Positions 38,198-47,120 of a DNA stretch of 64,000 bases are shown here, piece by piece (the stretch's first letter is position 1; every line of letters starts with the position of its first letter). Under the pieces are notes generated by a model. The model saw only the letters and a list, made by a program, of their open reading frames with translations. It ran no database searches and was not told the origin of the DNA. This stretch comes from an uncultured Planctomycetales bacterium (lineage in GTDB: Bacteria; Omnitrophota; Gorgyraeia; Zapsychrales; Fredricksoniimonadaceae). The stretch is taken from the NCBI GenBank assembly GCA_964583975.1, contig CAZOXU010000008.1:2745-66744 (forward strand), written 5' to 3'. The position numbers and the translations under genes were made by a program.

Positions 38198-38969
38198 TTT
38201 TTTAAAAACCATCCGTGATTATAAGCTTGAGTTAATCGAATCAAAAAAAGCTTATTATGAAAATTTAAAGAAGAACATGCGGCGTGCAACCTATAGTCGC
38301 TATGAAGTGTTCAAAAGAGCAATCGCCCGGCCAGGACAGATTAACTTAATTGCAGAAATTAAAAAAGCTTCGCCATCTGCAGGTCTTATTCGTGAAGATT
38401 TTGATATTGCCAAGATAGCTAAAGTCTATGTCGAGAATAAGGCGGCGGCTATTTCCGTGCTGACTGAAGATAAATATTTTTTAGGAAGATTTGCCTATTT
38501 AGAAAAGGTCAGTGATGAGTTTCGCCTGCCCACGCTCATGAAGGATTTTATCATCCATGAGTTTCAGATTTTTGAGGGAGCATTTTATGGAGCTTCAGCG
38601 ATTTTATTGATTGTCGATATGCTCGAAGACTCGCAGATGAAGGACTTAATGGACGTAGCGCATTCGTTAGGGATGGATTGCTTGGTTGAAGCTCATAATG
38701 AAAAGGAAGTCGAGCGGGCCTTAGATGTTGATGCCGAGATTATTGGGATTAATAACCGTGATTTACGGACATTGGAAGTCAATGTGGATAATTGTCTGCG
38801 AATGATGAAAGAGATTCCTCAGGGAAAGATTATGGTAGCTGAGAGTGGTTTGAAAACACGTGAAGATATTCAACGAGTGCGTCAGGCTGGGGCCCATGCG
38901 GTTTTGATTGGGGAAACCTTTATGCGATCAGCGGATATTGGAGCAAAAATGAAGGAGATCATGGCATGA
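38187..38969 (+). CDS. trpC: Indole-3-glycerol phosphate synthase
   Basis: Motifs LIAEIKKASPSAG and GINNRDLRTLEV. Confidence 0.9.
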   Translation: MSGDFLKTIRDYKLELIESKKAYYENLKKNMRRATYSRYEVFKRAIARPGQINLIAEIKKASPSAGLIREDFDIAKIAKVYVENKAAAISVLTEDKYFLGRFAYLEKVSDEFRLPTLMKDFIIHEFQIFEGAFYGASAILLIVDMLEDSQMKDLMDVAHSLGMDCLVEAHNEKEVERALDVDAEIIGINNRDLRTLEVNVDNCLRMMKEIPQGKIMVAESGLKTREDIQRVRQAGAHAVLIGETFMRSADIGAKMKEIMA

Positions 38970-39616
38970 TAGTACGGACCAAGGTGTGCGGGATAACGAA
39001 TGAGAAGGATGCTCTCAAAGCTGCTAATCTGGGGGCCTGGGCAGTCGGGTTTATTTTTTATAAAAAAAGTCCAAGGTTTATCAGTCCCTTTAAAGCCAAG
39101 AAAATTATTGAGAAATTACCGCCTTTTGTGACGCCGGTAGGGGTATTTGTGAATCACAATGCAGGAGCTATGAAGGACATTATTAATCACTGTGGTTTAA
39201 GAGCTGTGCAATTGCATGGCGATGAGGATTGTCATACCTGCCATCGCTTACGTCGATACAATGTGAAGATCGTTAAAGCCTTTCGAGTAGGTGAAAACCT
39301 TGATGTCAAAAATATTGAATCTTATAAGGTCGATGCCTTTTTATTTGATACATTAGACAAAGACAATTACGGTGGCACAGGCAAGACCTTTGATTGGAAC
39401 TTATTAAAGGAAGTCAAATCCTTGAATGTTCCGATTATTCTTTCAGGTGGTTTAAATAGTAAAAATGTCATCGAACCAGTTACTGAACTAAGGCCATATG
39501 CCGTGGATGTAAATAGCGGAGTCGAAGAATCCCCAGGCATCAAGGATGCAGGTAAGATGAAAGAGTTTTTAGATATTGTCAGTTACATTACAGGACCTAA
39601 GGTCAGAGAATCTTAA
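38966..39616 (+). CDS. trpF: Phosphoribosylanthranilate isomerase
   Basis: Start KVCGIT...AGA, motif VQLHGDE, TIM-barrel length. Confidence 0.85.
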   Translation: MIVRTKVCGITNEKDALKAANLGAWAVGFIFYKKSPRFISPFKAKKIIEKLPPFVTPVGVFVNHNAGAMKDIINHCGLRAVQLHGDEDCHTCHRLRRYNVKIVKAFRVGENLDVKNIESYKVDAFLFDTLDKDNYGGTGKTFDWNLLKEVKSLNVPIILSGGLNSKNVIEPVTELRPYAVDVNSGVEESPGIKDAGKMKEFLDIVSYITGPKVRES

Positions 39617-39620
39617 AAGC

Positions 39621-40691
39621 ATGCGTACGCATATTCCGAAGGATGACATTTCGCTCATCATTCAATTGAGCGGTGAAGAAATTCGACAGTTTCTTTCCTC
39701 AGCTAATCCCGAAGATTTTAGAGGTGAAGCTAAGTCTGCCATCGCCCTTTATCGCAAAGACACTAATCTTTTTACAGATAAGCATCTTGTTGAGTATGGC
39801 TCGAATATTGAGCAGGCCATCAATCATCCCATGCGGATGGAAATCAGACATGTGACTGCCTATGGAGCAGCCCAGATTGTAGCCAAAGGGGTATGGGGTG
39901 CAGTTTTACGCCAAGACGTTATCCGAAAAATAAGAAAAGAATTATCTATCATTGATAAACAGATTGAAGTTCGTTTGGCAGGTACTTCCTCATTTGAGTT
40001 TAATGTTAAAGGGGTCAATAAATCCTGTTCGATTCGTTTCTTGCGTTATGCTTGGCCAGAAGTTTTAGATCAAATGAATTATTTAGCGGGTCCGCATATT
40101 GATAGCCGTAAGACCAACACCATTATTGTGGCTGATGGGGACGGCACTATTTATGATGGACCTAAAGCAGGTCATGCTCTTCCAACCATGGCCAAAAGTC
40201 CTGCCCGTGATGCCTTGATTGCCTGGCTCGAGGCAGGAGGTGTTTTCATGCTCAATTCTGGTAATGAATTAGAGCGCAATGTGTTTCGCCTCAAAGATGG
40301 CATTCCAGCACATTTATTTAATCGCATTCTTGTCTCAGGAAATGGCGGCGCTGATCTGGTTTGCTTCGATGCTAATCAAAAGCCAGTGTGGGTTAAAGGT
40401 TTTAATGATTTGGCCTTAAATAAATTGGAAGCCAAGCACGTCTTGGACATTGTCTATATTGGCGATGATGGCTCAGAAGATGGTAATGATTGGGCTGCCT
40501 TTAAAGAGGTGGGAGTCGAACGCTCGGTTTTGGTTTCCCGGGATTTTAAACGTAATTATGATACGGGCTTAAGGACTGGCTATGTAGGTCATCTGGTCCG
40601 AGGCACACAAAGATATCTTGAAATCGCCACCCTCAAAGCCAAAAATAACCGTCGTGGCAAGGCCTTCCTTTCAGCTTGGGCAGTTGCTTAA
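39621..40691 (+). CDS. Hypothetical two-domain protein; C-terminal half HAD-like
   Basis: The start at 39621, just after the trpF stop, is preferred over the track's 39576. Possible HAD motif I (IIVADGDGTIYDG) and motif IV-like (YIGDDGSEDGND). It occupies the position where trpB/A would normally sit. Confidence 0.35.
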   Translation: MRTHIPKDDISLIIQLSGEEIRQFLSSANPEDFRGEAKSAIALYRKDTNLFTDKHLVEYGSNIEQAINHPMRMEIRHVTAYGAAQIVAKGVWGAVLRQDVIRKIRKELSIIDKQIEVRLAGTSSFEFNVKGVNKSCSIRFLRYAWPEVLDQMNYLAGPHIDSRKTNTIIVADGDGTIYDGPKAGHALPTMAKSPARDALIAWLEAGGVFMLNSGNELERNVFRLKDGIPAHLFNRILVSGNGGADLVCFDANQKPVWVKGFNDLALNKLEAKHVLDIVYIGDDGSEDGNDWAAFKEVGVERSVLVSRDFKRNYDTGLRTGYVGHLVRGTQRYLEIATLKAKNNRRGKAFLSAWAVA

Positions 40692-40763
40692 ATTTGCTCC
40701 TTGAACTTTCCCGATATATAATTTACTTGCTTTGAAAATCGTTATTTTAAGAAAGATTAACTT

Positions 40764-41123
40764 ATGAATGTAGCAGTGATTGGAGCTTCGGATAAACCAG
40801 AACGTTATTCTTATCAGGCCGTCAAACTTTTGGCTGAGAAAGGTCATCAGGTTTATCCTGTGCACCAGAGAATTAAGACCATTGAAGGACTGCCAGTCTT
40901 GGCTTCCATTAAAGATATTCCAGAAGCTCTAGACACCGTGACCTTATACGTGGCGGCTGATATTTCTAATGGGTTAACTGAAGATATTCTCCGTAGTAAT
41001 CCTAAGCGAATTATTTTTAATCCTGGTGCAGAAAATCCCGAGCTAGCCAAAAAAGCTCAAGCTAAAGGAATTAAGACTCTGGAAGCTTGTACCTTGGTCA
41101 TGTTGCGTACAGGGCAATTTTGA
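40764..41123 (+). CDS. CoA-binding domain protein (YccU/YneT-like)
   Basis: NVAVIGASDKPERYSYQAVKLL Rossmann-like CoA-binding fold. 119 aa. Confidence 0.65.
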   Translation: MNVAVIGASDKPERYSYQAVKLLAEKGHQVYPVHQRIKTIEGLPVLASIKDIPEALDTVTLYVAADISNGLTEDILRSNPKRIIFNPGAENPELAKKAQAKGIKTLEACTLVMLRTGQF

Positions 41124-41127
41124 AACT

Positions 41128-41697
41128 ATGAAATCATCCACTAAAATACAGAATGATGGGGCCACAGGGGTTATTACTCACCATGTACGTAATGGGCAAG
41201 AAGCTAATTACGAACAGTGGCTCGCTAAAATTGTTCCTTTATGTGAAGCTTCTGTTGGTCATTTAGATGCGCAGATCATTCGTCCAATCCCTGGATTAAC
41301 TTCAACATTTACAGTCCTCTTACGTTTTGATACCCATGGCAATTTGCTTAAGTGGTTGAATTCACCTATCCGAAAACAGCTAATAGAAGAGGTGAGCCCA
41401 CTTTTAGAGAAGGAAGACAAGTTTTACACCAAAAGTGGTTTGGATTTCTTATTTGCTCCACAAGGTGGCAGTGTAAAAGTTCCAACCCGATGGAAGCAGT
41501 TTTTGGTGACCTGGATGGCCATTTATCCAGTTTCATTATTTTCTCAGTCAGTTTTTATTCCTGCTATGAAGACTATAGGATTTCCAGAGGATCGTTATTT
41601 AAGAACTTTTATACTTTCAGGAATTATTGTATATTTGATGGTCTATGTGATTATGCCTAGATTCACAAAGTTATTGCAACAATGGTTATATCAATAG
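41128..41697 (+). CDS. Hypothetical protein with C-terminal membrane segments
   Basis: A soluble N-terminal domain of about 110 aa, followed by two or three hydrophobic helices. No confident family. Confidence 0.35.
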   Translation: MKSSTKIQNDGATGVITHHVRNGQEANYEQWLAKIVPLCEASVGHLDAQIIRPIPGLTSTFTVLLRFDTHGNLLKWLNSPIRKQLIEEVSPLLEKEDKFYTKSGLDFLFAPQGGSVKVPTRWKQFLVTWMAIYPVSLFSQSVFIPAMKTIGFPEDRYLRTFILSGIIVYLMVYVIMPRFTKLLQQWLYQ

Positions 41698-41710
41698 AAA
41701 GGTTAGTCCT

Positions 41711-42154
41711 ATGTCAAATACCATTCGTCTTCATCGCGTTTTAAAGACGACCCCAGAGAAACTTTACAAAGCCTTTCTTGATCCCGATGCCATGGTCAAA
41801 TGGCTGCCGCCTGATGGATTTACTTGTAAGGTCCATCATATGGATGTTAAGGTTGGGGGCACCTATAGAATGTCTTTTACTAATTTTACCAATGGTCAAA
41901 GTCATTCTTTCGGGGGAAAATATCTTGAATTAATACCTAATCAACGCCTGCGTTATACTGATAAATTTGAAGATCCTAGCTTGCCCGGAGAAATGATCAC
42001 TACCGTTGAATTGAAAAAAGTGATCTGCGGCACAGAACTTAATGTTGTGCAAGAAGGCATCCCTGCGGCAATTCCATCTGAAATGTGTTATTTAGGTTGG
42101 CAAGAATCATTGATTCTTTTGGCCAAACTTGTCGAGCCAGATATCAAAGGATAG
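41711..42154 (+). CDS. SRPBCC-superfamily protein (AHSA1 / activator of Hsp90 ATPase-like)
   Basis: Pattern RVLKTTPEKLYKAFLDPDAMVKWLPPDGF...GGTYRMSF is typical of the AHSA1/SRPBCC fold. Confidence 0.65.
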   Translation: MSNTIRLHRVLKTTPEKLYKAFLDPDAMVKWLPPDGFTCKVHHMDVKVGGTYRMSFTNFTNGQSHSFGGKYLELIPNQRLRYTDKFEDPSLPGEMITTVELKKVICGTELNVVQEGIPAAIPSEMCYLGWQESLILLAKLVEPDIKG

Positions 42155-42156
42155 TC

Positions 42157-42642
42157 ATGAGTAATCGTGTTTCATTAATTACAGTGAGAGATTCTTCAAT
42201 CCATAGCAGAGGTGTTTTTGCTGATGCGGATATTGCCAAAGGCACAAGAATCATTGAATATGTTGGTGAGCGGATCACTAAGAAAGAAGCTGGTCGAAGA
42301 GTTGATGCATCGATCGACTCTCATCGTAAAGACCAAACCGATGGGGCTGTTTATATCTTTGAGCTCAATAAAAGGTATGACATTGATGGCAATGTTCCTT
42401 ATAACCATGCGCGTCATATCAACCATTCGTGTGACCCTAATGCAGAAACTGAAATTATCCGAGGCAAAATTTGGATTATTGCCATTAAAGATATCAAAAA
42501 AGGTGACGAAATTACCTACAACTATGGTTATGACTGGGATGATGATTATGACCAGCATCCATGTCGCTGTGGCACTTCTCGATGTGTTGGGTTTATTTTA
42601 GGTGAAGCGCATTGGCCAAATTTGCAAAACCTACCAAAGTAA
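42157..42642 (+). CDS. SET-domain protein (putative protein lysine methyltransferase)
   Basis: SET core NHSCDPNAE...ITYNYG plus a post-SET Cys cluster CRCGTSRC. The start at 42157 is preferred over the track's upstream start. 161 aa. Confidence 0.7.
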   Translation: MSNRVSLITVRDSSIHSRGVFADADIAKGTRIIEYVGERITKKEAGRRVDASIDSHRKDQTDGAVYIFELNKRYDIDGNVPYNHARHINHSCDPNAETEIIRGKIWIIAIKDIKKGDEITYNYGYDWDDDYDQHPCRCGTSRCVGFILGEAHWPNLQNLPK

Positions 42643-42743
42643 TTTTCCTTCCTTAGTTTTATTAATTTATTTTTCATCTTTGCTTCATTTCATTTTTCGT
42701 ATATTGGAATCAATAATAACAATCCAATATAAGGAGAATATCA

Positions 42744-43294
42744 TGCAATCAAAAAATACACTGAACAATCTCGAAGATGTATATATTCATGAATTAAGAG
42801 ATCTCTATAGTGCAGAGAAGCAGATCACCCAAGCTTTGCCAAAATTAGCCAAAGCAGTTTCTTCAGAAGAACTAAAAAATGGTTTCCAAGAACACTTAGA
42901 GCAAACTCGTGGTCAGATTCAAAGATTAGAGAAAATATTCAAACGTTTAGGTAAATCCCCTACAGGAGAAAAATGTAAAGGGATGGAAGGTTTATTAGAA
43001 GAAGGAAGTGATTTTATTGAAAAAAAGGCAGGTCCTGATGTGTTAGATGCTGGAATCATCGTGGGCGCTCAAAAGGTGGAACATTATGAAATTGCAGGCT
43101 ACGGAAGTGTTTGTACCTTTGCCGAATTGCTGGGTTATGAAGAAGATTTGGAGCTCTTAAAAGAAACATTAAATGAAGAAAAAGAGACCGATGAAAAATT
43201 AACCCAAATGGCAGGGCAAATCAATGAGCAAGCTCAATCCGAAGATCAGTTTGAGGATGAATATGAAGAATCACCTGCTAAAAGTAAAAGATAA
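42744..43294 (+). CDS. Ferritin-like YciE/YciF (DUF892) family stress protein with acidic C-terminal tail
   Basis: Pattern LEDVYIHELRDLYSAEKQITQALPKLAKAV is typical of DUF892. RBS AAGGAG. The start at 42744 is preferred over the track's 42602. Confidence 0.55.
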
Positions 43295-43318
43295 TAAAAC
43301 TCAAACAAGGAGGTCTAT

Positions 43319-43510
43319 ATGAATAGAGGGACTGCTGTGGCTCTTTTAGTTGTAGGAATTGTTTTATTAATTTTTGGTTTCAATGCATATCATTCAGCTA
43401 GTTCAGGAGTTTCTGAAATTGTAACTGGCGCACCAACCAGTAAAGCTATTTGGCTTTTGATTGGTGGCTTTGCTGCTGCGCTTATTGGTGGCCTTAGATT
43501 AGCACGCTAA
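43319..43510 (+). CDS. Small two-TM membrane protein (DUF3185-like)
   Basis: 63 aa with two hydrophobic helices. Often genomically linked to yciE/yciF-like genes. Confidence 0.45.
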   Translation: MNRGTAVALLVVGIVLLIFGFNAYHSASSGVSEIVTGAPTSKAIWLLIGGFAAALIGGLRLAR

Positions 43511-43614
43511 TCTTGAATAGGAAGACAAATAGTTGTTAGGAGGATTTGGCAAGCTTTCTGATTCATGGTACTATTTTTTGCTTTGATTATTCTTAGCAGA
43601 ACGAATGGAGTATT

Positions 43615-44211
43615 GTGAAGAAGAAAGAATCTCAATTAGACGCTTTAAGAATGGCGATGCAAACGGCAGATTTGCCTTTGAAAAAGACAGCTCATCATCT
43701 GGTTTTTGGTGAAGGAACAGCTAATGCTAAGGTCTTTTTTATTGGAGAAGCGCCGGGAAAAAACGAAGACTTGCAGGGTCGACCTTTTATCGGTAGTGCC
43801 GGAAAGATTTTGGATCAGTTGTTAGAGAGTATTCAATTAAACCGCTCAGATGTTTATATTACGAGCATCCTCAAATACCGTCCTCCTAAGAACCGCAACC
43901 CTCAGTTGCAGGAAATCATCAAACACACACCTTTTTTGGTTGATCAAATCAGAATTATAAAGCCTCAAATATTGGTGCCGTTGGGTAATTTTGCCACTCG
44001 TTTTGTATTAAATGGATTTAAAGTCGAGAATATGCAGAGAATCCTCGGAATTTCCCGCTTGCACGGTAAGAGAGAGGATATCGCCTTTGAACGATTAAAA
44101 TTCTCAGTCATTGCGCTGTACCATCCAGCTGCTGTTCTTTACAATTCGTCTTTGCGTACAACTTTAGCGAAAGATTTTAAAGCGCTGGGCAAGTACGTTA
44201 AAACTTCTTAA
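43615..44211 (+). CDS. Uracil-DNA glycosylase superfamily protein (family 4/5-like)
   Basis: Motif GEGTANAKVFFIGEAPGKNEDLQGRPFIGSAGKIL matches the family-4 UDG GEAPG...F.G.AG signature. Confidence 0.75.
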   Translation: MKKKESQLDALRMAMQTADLPLKKTAHHLVFGEGTANAKVFFIGEAPGKNEDLQGRPFIGSAGKILDQLLESIQLNRSDVYITSILKYRPPKNRNPQLQEIIKHTPFLVDQIRIIKPQILVPLGNFATRFVLNGFKVENMQRILGISRLHGKREDIAFERLKFSVIALYHPAAVLYNSSLRTTLAKDFKALGKYVKTS

Positions 44212-44527
44212 ATATAAAAAATACCGCAAGGACAAGGAAGAAGAAGCCAACTAAGTAATTCCATTTGAGGGGTTCTTTTAGATAAACCACTGAAAAAACG
44301 GCAAAGACGACCAAGGTAATGACTTCTTGGATGGTTTTGAGCTGCGCTGCATTATATTGGCCATGCCCCCAACGATTAGCAGGTACTTGAAAGCAGTATT
44401 CAAAAAAGGCAATTAGCCAGCTAATGACAATAACGATCCATAAGGGAGAGTTTTTATAACGCAAATGCCCGTACCAGGCAATGGTCATAAATATATTGGA
44501 TATGATTAACAGAATGATCGTAGTCAT
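44198..44527 (-). CDS. Small DMT-superfamily membrane protein (DUF486-like)
   Basis: 109 aa with four TM segments and an N-terminal TIAWYGHL motif. Confidence 0.5.
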   Translation of the reverse strand: MTTIILLIISNIFMTIAWYGHLRYKNSPLWIVIVISWLIAFFEYCFQVPANRWGHGQYNAAQLKTIQEVITLVVFAVFSVVYLKEPLKWNYLVGFFFLVLAVFFIFKKF

Positions 44528-44647
44528 AAAATCCCTTATTTAAGTTCAATTCTAGCAAAAATTCCTGAGCTCGCCATTCAATAGACTTCTTTTTAATTTT
44601 CAGTTATACTTCCTCATCTTAAAATTAGATAACTTCGTAGCATTTAG

Positions 44648-44836
44648 ATGGAGAGATTTATGAAGAAATATGGTTTTTCGTTCTCATGGAAGCGCGCTAT
44701 TGGGCTTTCAGGTCTTAAGAACAAGATTTCAAGGAAGATAGGCGTTCCATTAACTCAAAGCGGCCGAGAACGTAAGGTAGGGCATCTGATTGTTAAATTC
44801 ATTGGGGAACTTTTGAGCGGCGCGTTTAAGAAGTAG
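44648..44836 (+). CDS. Small basic protein, DUF4236-like
   Basis: YGFSFSWKRAIGLSGLKNKISRKIGVPLTQSG resembles the MGFRFRKS.K.G...N.SKSG pattern of DUF4236. Weak. Confidence 0.3.
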   Translation: MERFMKKYGFSFSWKRAIGLSGLKNKISRKIGVPLTQSGRERKVGHLIVKFIGELLSGAFKK

Positions 44837-44892
44837 GAAGATTCATTGTATTAAATGTTAAAAATAGAATAACCTGTTTTAATGGAGGACCT

Positions 44893-45282
44893 ATGAAGTT
44901 GAATGGCAATTTAAATCAGCATAGCTTAAGTAAGCATGAACTAGAGAGAATTCTTTTGTTATTGAACAAAAATCTCGAGGTTTTTAAGTATCTTGTTTTA
45001 AAAAATGCAAATTCAAAAGAAAACAATAGGATTCAGTATCTACAGGCAGAAGAAAAAGCCAATGAAACTATAGAAGAATGGGTGAGTAATCAAGAAATAA
45101 AGATAAAGAAATCTCGTCGGACATTGGTTGATATTGTTGAACAGTGGGTCGAAAATGAAGTGCAAAGAGATATGTTGCGTTCCTTGGATGCTAAATATGC
45201 GCACACCGAAGTTTCTACCAAGAATTTAAGAGAGTTGGGAGTCAAGCTTATCGCCTTTGCAGATCAATTAGAGGGAAGGTAA
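44893..45282 (+). CDS. Hypothetical protein
   Basis: 129-aa ORF with an RBS (GGAGGA). No recognisable motifs. Confidence 0.35.
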   Translation: MKLNGNLNQHSLSKHELERILLLLNKNLEVFKYLVLKNANSKENNRIQYLQAEEKANETIEEWVSNQEIKIKKSRRTLVDIVEQWVENEVQRDMLRSLDAKYAHTEVSTKNLRELGVKLIAFADQLEGR

Positions 45283-45301
45283 AACAGAACAGGAAAAGAG
45301 T

Positions 45302-45829
45302 ATGCTTAAAAAAATCTTTATTGGCTTAGTGGGCATTATTTTAATTTTATTCGTTATTATTACTGCTCGACCAGATCATTTTCAAGTCAGCCGTTCTGCT
45401 AGCATTAAGGCAAGCGCCGAGGCAGTGTTCGCACATGTTAATAATTTTCATCAATGGGAAGCCTGGTCACCCTGGGTCAAAATTGATCCTCAAGCAAAGA
45501 CTATCTATCGAGGTCCCGAGCAAGGTGCCGGGGCAGCCTTTTTCTGGGATGGTAACCAAAATGTCGGCACAGGCAGTATGACCATCATTGAAAGTCGGCC
45601 TTCCGAATATATTAAAATTCTTCTTAATTTTGAGAAACCTTTTGCAGGCAAGAATGATGTGGAATTTACCTTTAAGCCTCAAGGAGATGTGACCTTGGTG
45701 ACCTGGAGCATGTCTGGAAAGAATGATTTTATGGGTAAGGCCATGTCATTAATTTTTAATTGCGACAAGATGATTGGCGATCAATATGACAAAGGCTTAG
45801 CACAGTTAAAAGCAGTGGTTGAAAAATAA
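45302..45829 (+). CDS. Membrane-anchored SRPBCC (polyketide cyclase/dehydrase-like) protein
   Basis: N-terminal TM helix, then an SRPBCC-like domain (SRSASIKASAEAVFAHVNNFHQWEAWSPW). Confidence 0.5.
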   Translation: MLKKIFIGLVGIILILFVIITARPDHFQVSRSASIKASAEAVFAHVNNFHQWEAWSPWVKIDPQAKTIYRGPEQGAGAAFFWDGNQNVGTGSMTIIESRPSEYIKILLNFEKPFAGKNDVEFTFKPQGDVTLVTWSMSGKNDFMGKAMSLIFNCDKMIGDQYDKGLAQLKAVVEK

Positions 45830-45841
45830 GAGGAATAAAGC

Positions 45842-46102
45842 GTGGCTTTAAAAGTAAGTACGATTGGGAGCATAATTTTACCTTTAGTATATGTGGTTTC
45901 TTTAATCGTTTTTAGAGATCCAGACTTTTTAATATTTATTCTTGGTCCATTAGGTTTTGTTGTTTGGATTGTTCAGCATGTCGGATTTCTTATAGGCAGC
46001 TGGCCCGGGGCAGTAATAGCTACAATGGTGTTTCTTGCTTTAGTTGGCTATTTATTTGGGCGATTTTTAGAGTGGGTCATTAATAAGATACGGCGGAATT
46101 AG
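45842..46102 (+). CDS. Small membrane protein, unknown
   Basis: 86 aa, with three hydrophobic helices. Confidence 0.35.
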   Translation: MALKVSTIGSIILPLVYVVSLIVFRDPDFLIFILGPLGFVVWIVQHVGFLIGSWPGAVIATMVFLALVGYLFGRFLEWVINKIRRN

Positions 46103-46112
46103 GAGTAACAAT

Positions 46113-46289
46113 ATGCCTATTATCAGAAAAGGCGGCGGGCTTTCAGGAAAGATTTGTGATGTGTGTGGGCAGTGGAAAATGCTGGTCGATTTCCCTTTGG
46201 ATCCAAAATCAAAGAAGTTCAAAGGATTTAGACTGCCAACATGTCAGAAATGTTTAAATTTATCAAAGGCACAGCAAAGGCGAAAATAA
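46113..46289 (+). CDS. Small zinc-ribbon-like protein (58 aa), not in the ORF track
   Basis: MPIIRKGGGLSGKICDVCGQWKMLVDFPLDPKSKKFKGFRLPTCQKCLNLSKAQQRRK. Has CxxC...CxxC, a GGAG RBS 7 nt upstream, and fits in the intergenic gap. Confidence 0.4.
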   Translation: MPIIRKGGGLSGKICDVCGQWKMLVDFPLDPKSKKFKGFRLPTCQKCLNLSKAQQRRK

Positions 46290-46305
46290 TTGGAAAGGGG
46301 CAAGT

Positions 46306-46686
46306 ATGATTGGATATGTGACGCTTGGAACGAATAATAAGAAAAAAGCAGAAGCATTTTACGATGAGCTTTTTAAAGAAATAGGTGCCGGGCGATTTAT
46401 GGAAACCGAACAATTTACAGCGTATGCAACGTCACCTGATAAGCCAGGCATTGGGATCACCATTCCTTTTGATGGGAAACCAGCGACCGTTGGTAATGGT
46501 ACCATGGTTGCTCTGTCGGTCGATAGTCCTGAGAAAGTTAATTCGTTTTATAACAAGGCTATTTCTTTAGGCGCCAAAGATGAAGGTAAGCCAGGTCCTC
46601 GTGGGGACAGCGGTTTTTATGCTGCTTATTTTCGTGATTTAGATGGGAATAAATTGAATGTATTTTGTTTTGTGAGTAAGAAATAA
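46306..46686 (+). CDS. VOC / glyoxalase-family protein
   Basis: 126 aa. MIGYVTLGTNNKKKAEAFYDELF is typical of the YecM/glyoxalase-like VOC fold. Confidence 0.65.
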   Translation: MIGYVTLGTNNKKKAEAFYDELFKEIGAGRFMETEQFTAYATSPDKPGIGITIPFDGKPATVGNGTMVALSVDSPEKVNSFYNKAISLGAKDEGKPGPRGDSGFYAAYFRDLDGNKLNVFCFVSKK

Positions 46687-46687
46687 T

Positions 46688-47041
46688 ATGAATGATAACA
46701 AGAGAACGGTTCAACAGTACATGGAAGGTTTTAATGAGCTAGATCACAAGAAGATCTTAGACTGCTTAACCGATGATGTTATCTGGGAGCTTCCGGGCGT
46801 GTTTCATTTAGTTGGCAAAGAAGCTTTTGACAAAGAAATAGAAAATGATGCGTTTACAGGTAAGCCGGTGATTAAGGTGAGTCGTATGGTTGAAGAGAAT
46901 GATGTCGTGGTAGCCGAAGGCACAGTTAAAACACAAAAGAAAACTGGTGAAGTCCTCAATCTCGGGTTTTGTGATGTGTTTGTAATGAGAAAAACTAAAA
47001 TCCAGAAGCTTATTTCGTATTTGATGGAAGTAAAGAAGTAG
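46688..47041 (+). CDS. SnoaL-like / NTF2-like (ketosteroid isomerase-like) protein
   Basis: 117 aa. Pattern TVQQYMEGFNELDHKKILDCLTDDVIWE is typical. Confidence 0.55.
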   Translation: MNDNKRTVQQYMEGFNELDHKKILDCLTDDVIWELPGVFHLVGKEAFDKEIENDAFTGKPVIKVSRMVEENDVVVAEGTVKTQKKTGEVLNLGFCDVFVMRKTKIQKLISYLMEVKK

Positions 47042-47120
47042 GGGCAAAACTGATTAATTAGGTGTCTGTATACCAGCAGGCGTGCCCCTGGAGTTAAATT
47101 TAATCTTAAAGGAGAATACA

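Noticed and set aside
46228-46413. 61-aa minus-strand ORF
   Set aside because: It overlaps the start of the VOC gene and the zinc-ribbon ORF on the opposite strand, and has no RBS. It is likely spurious.
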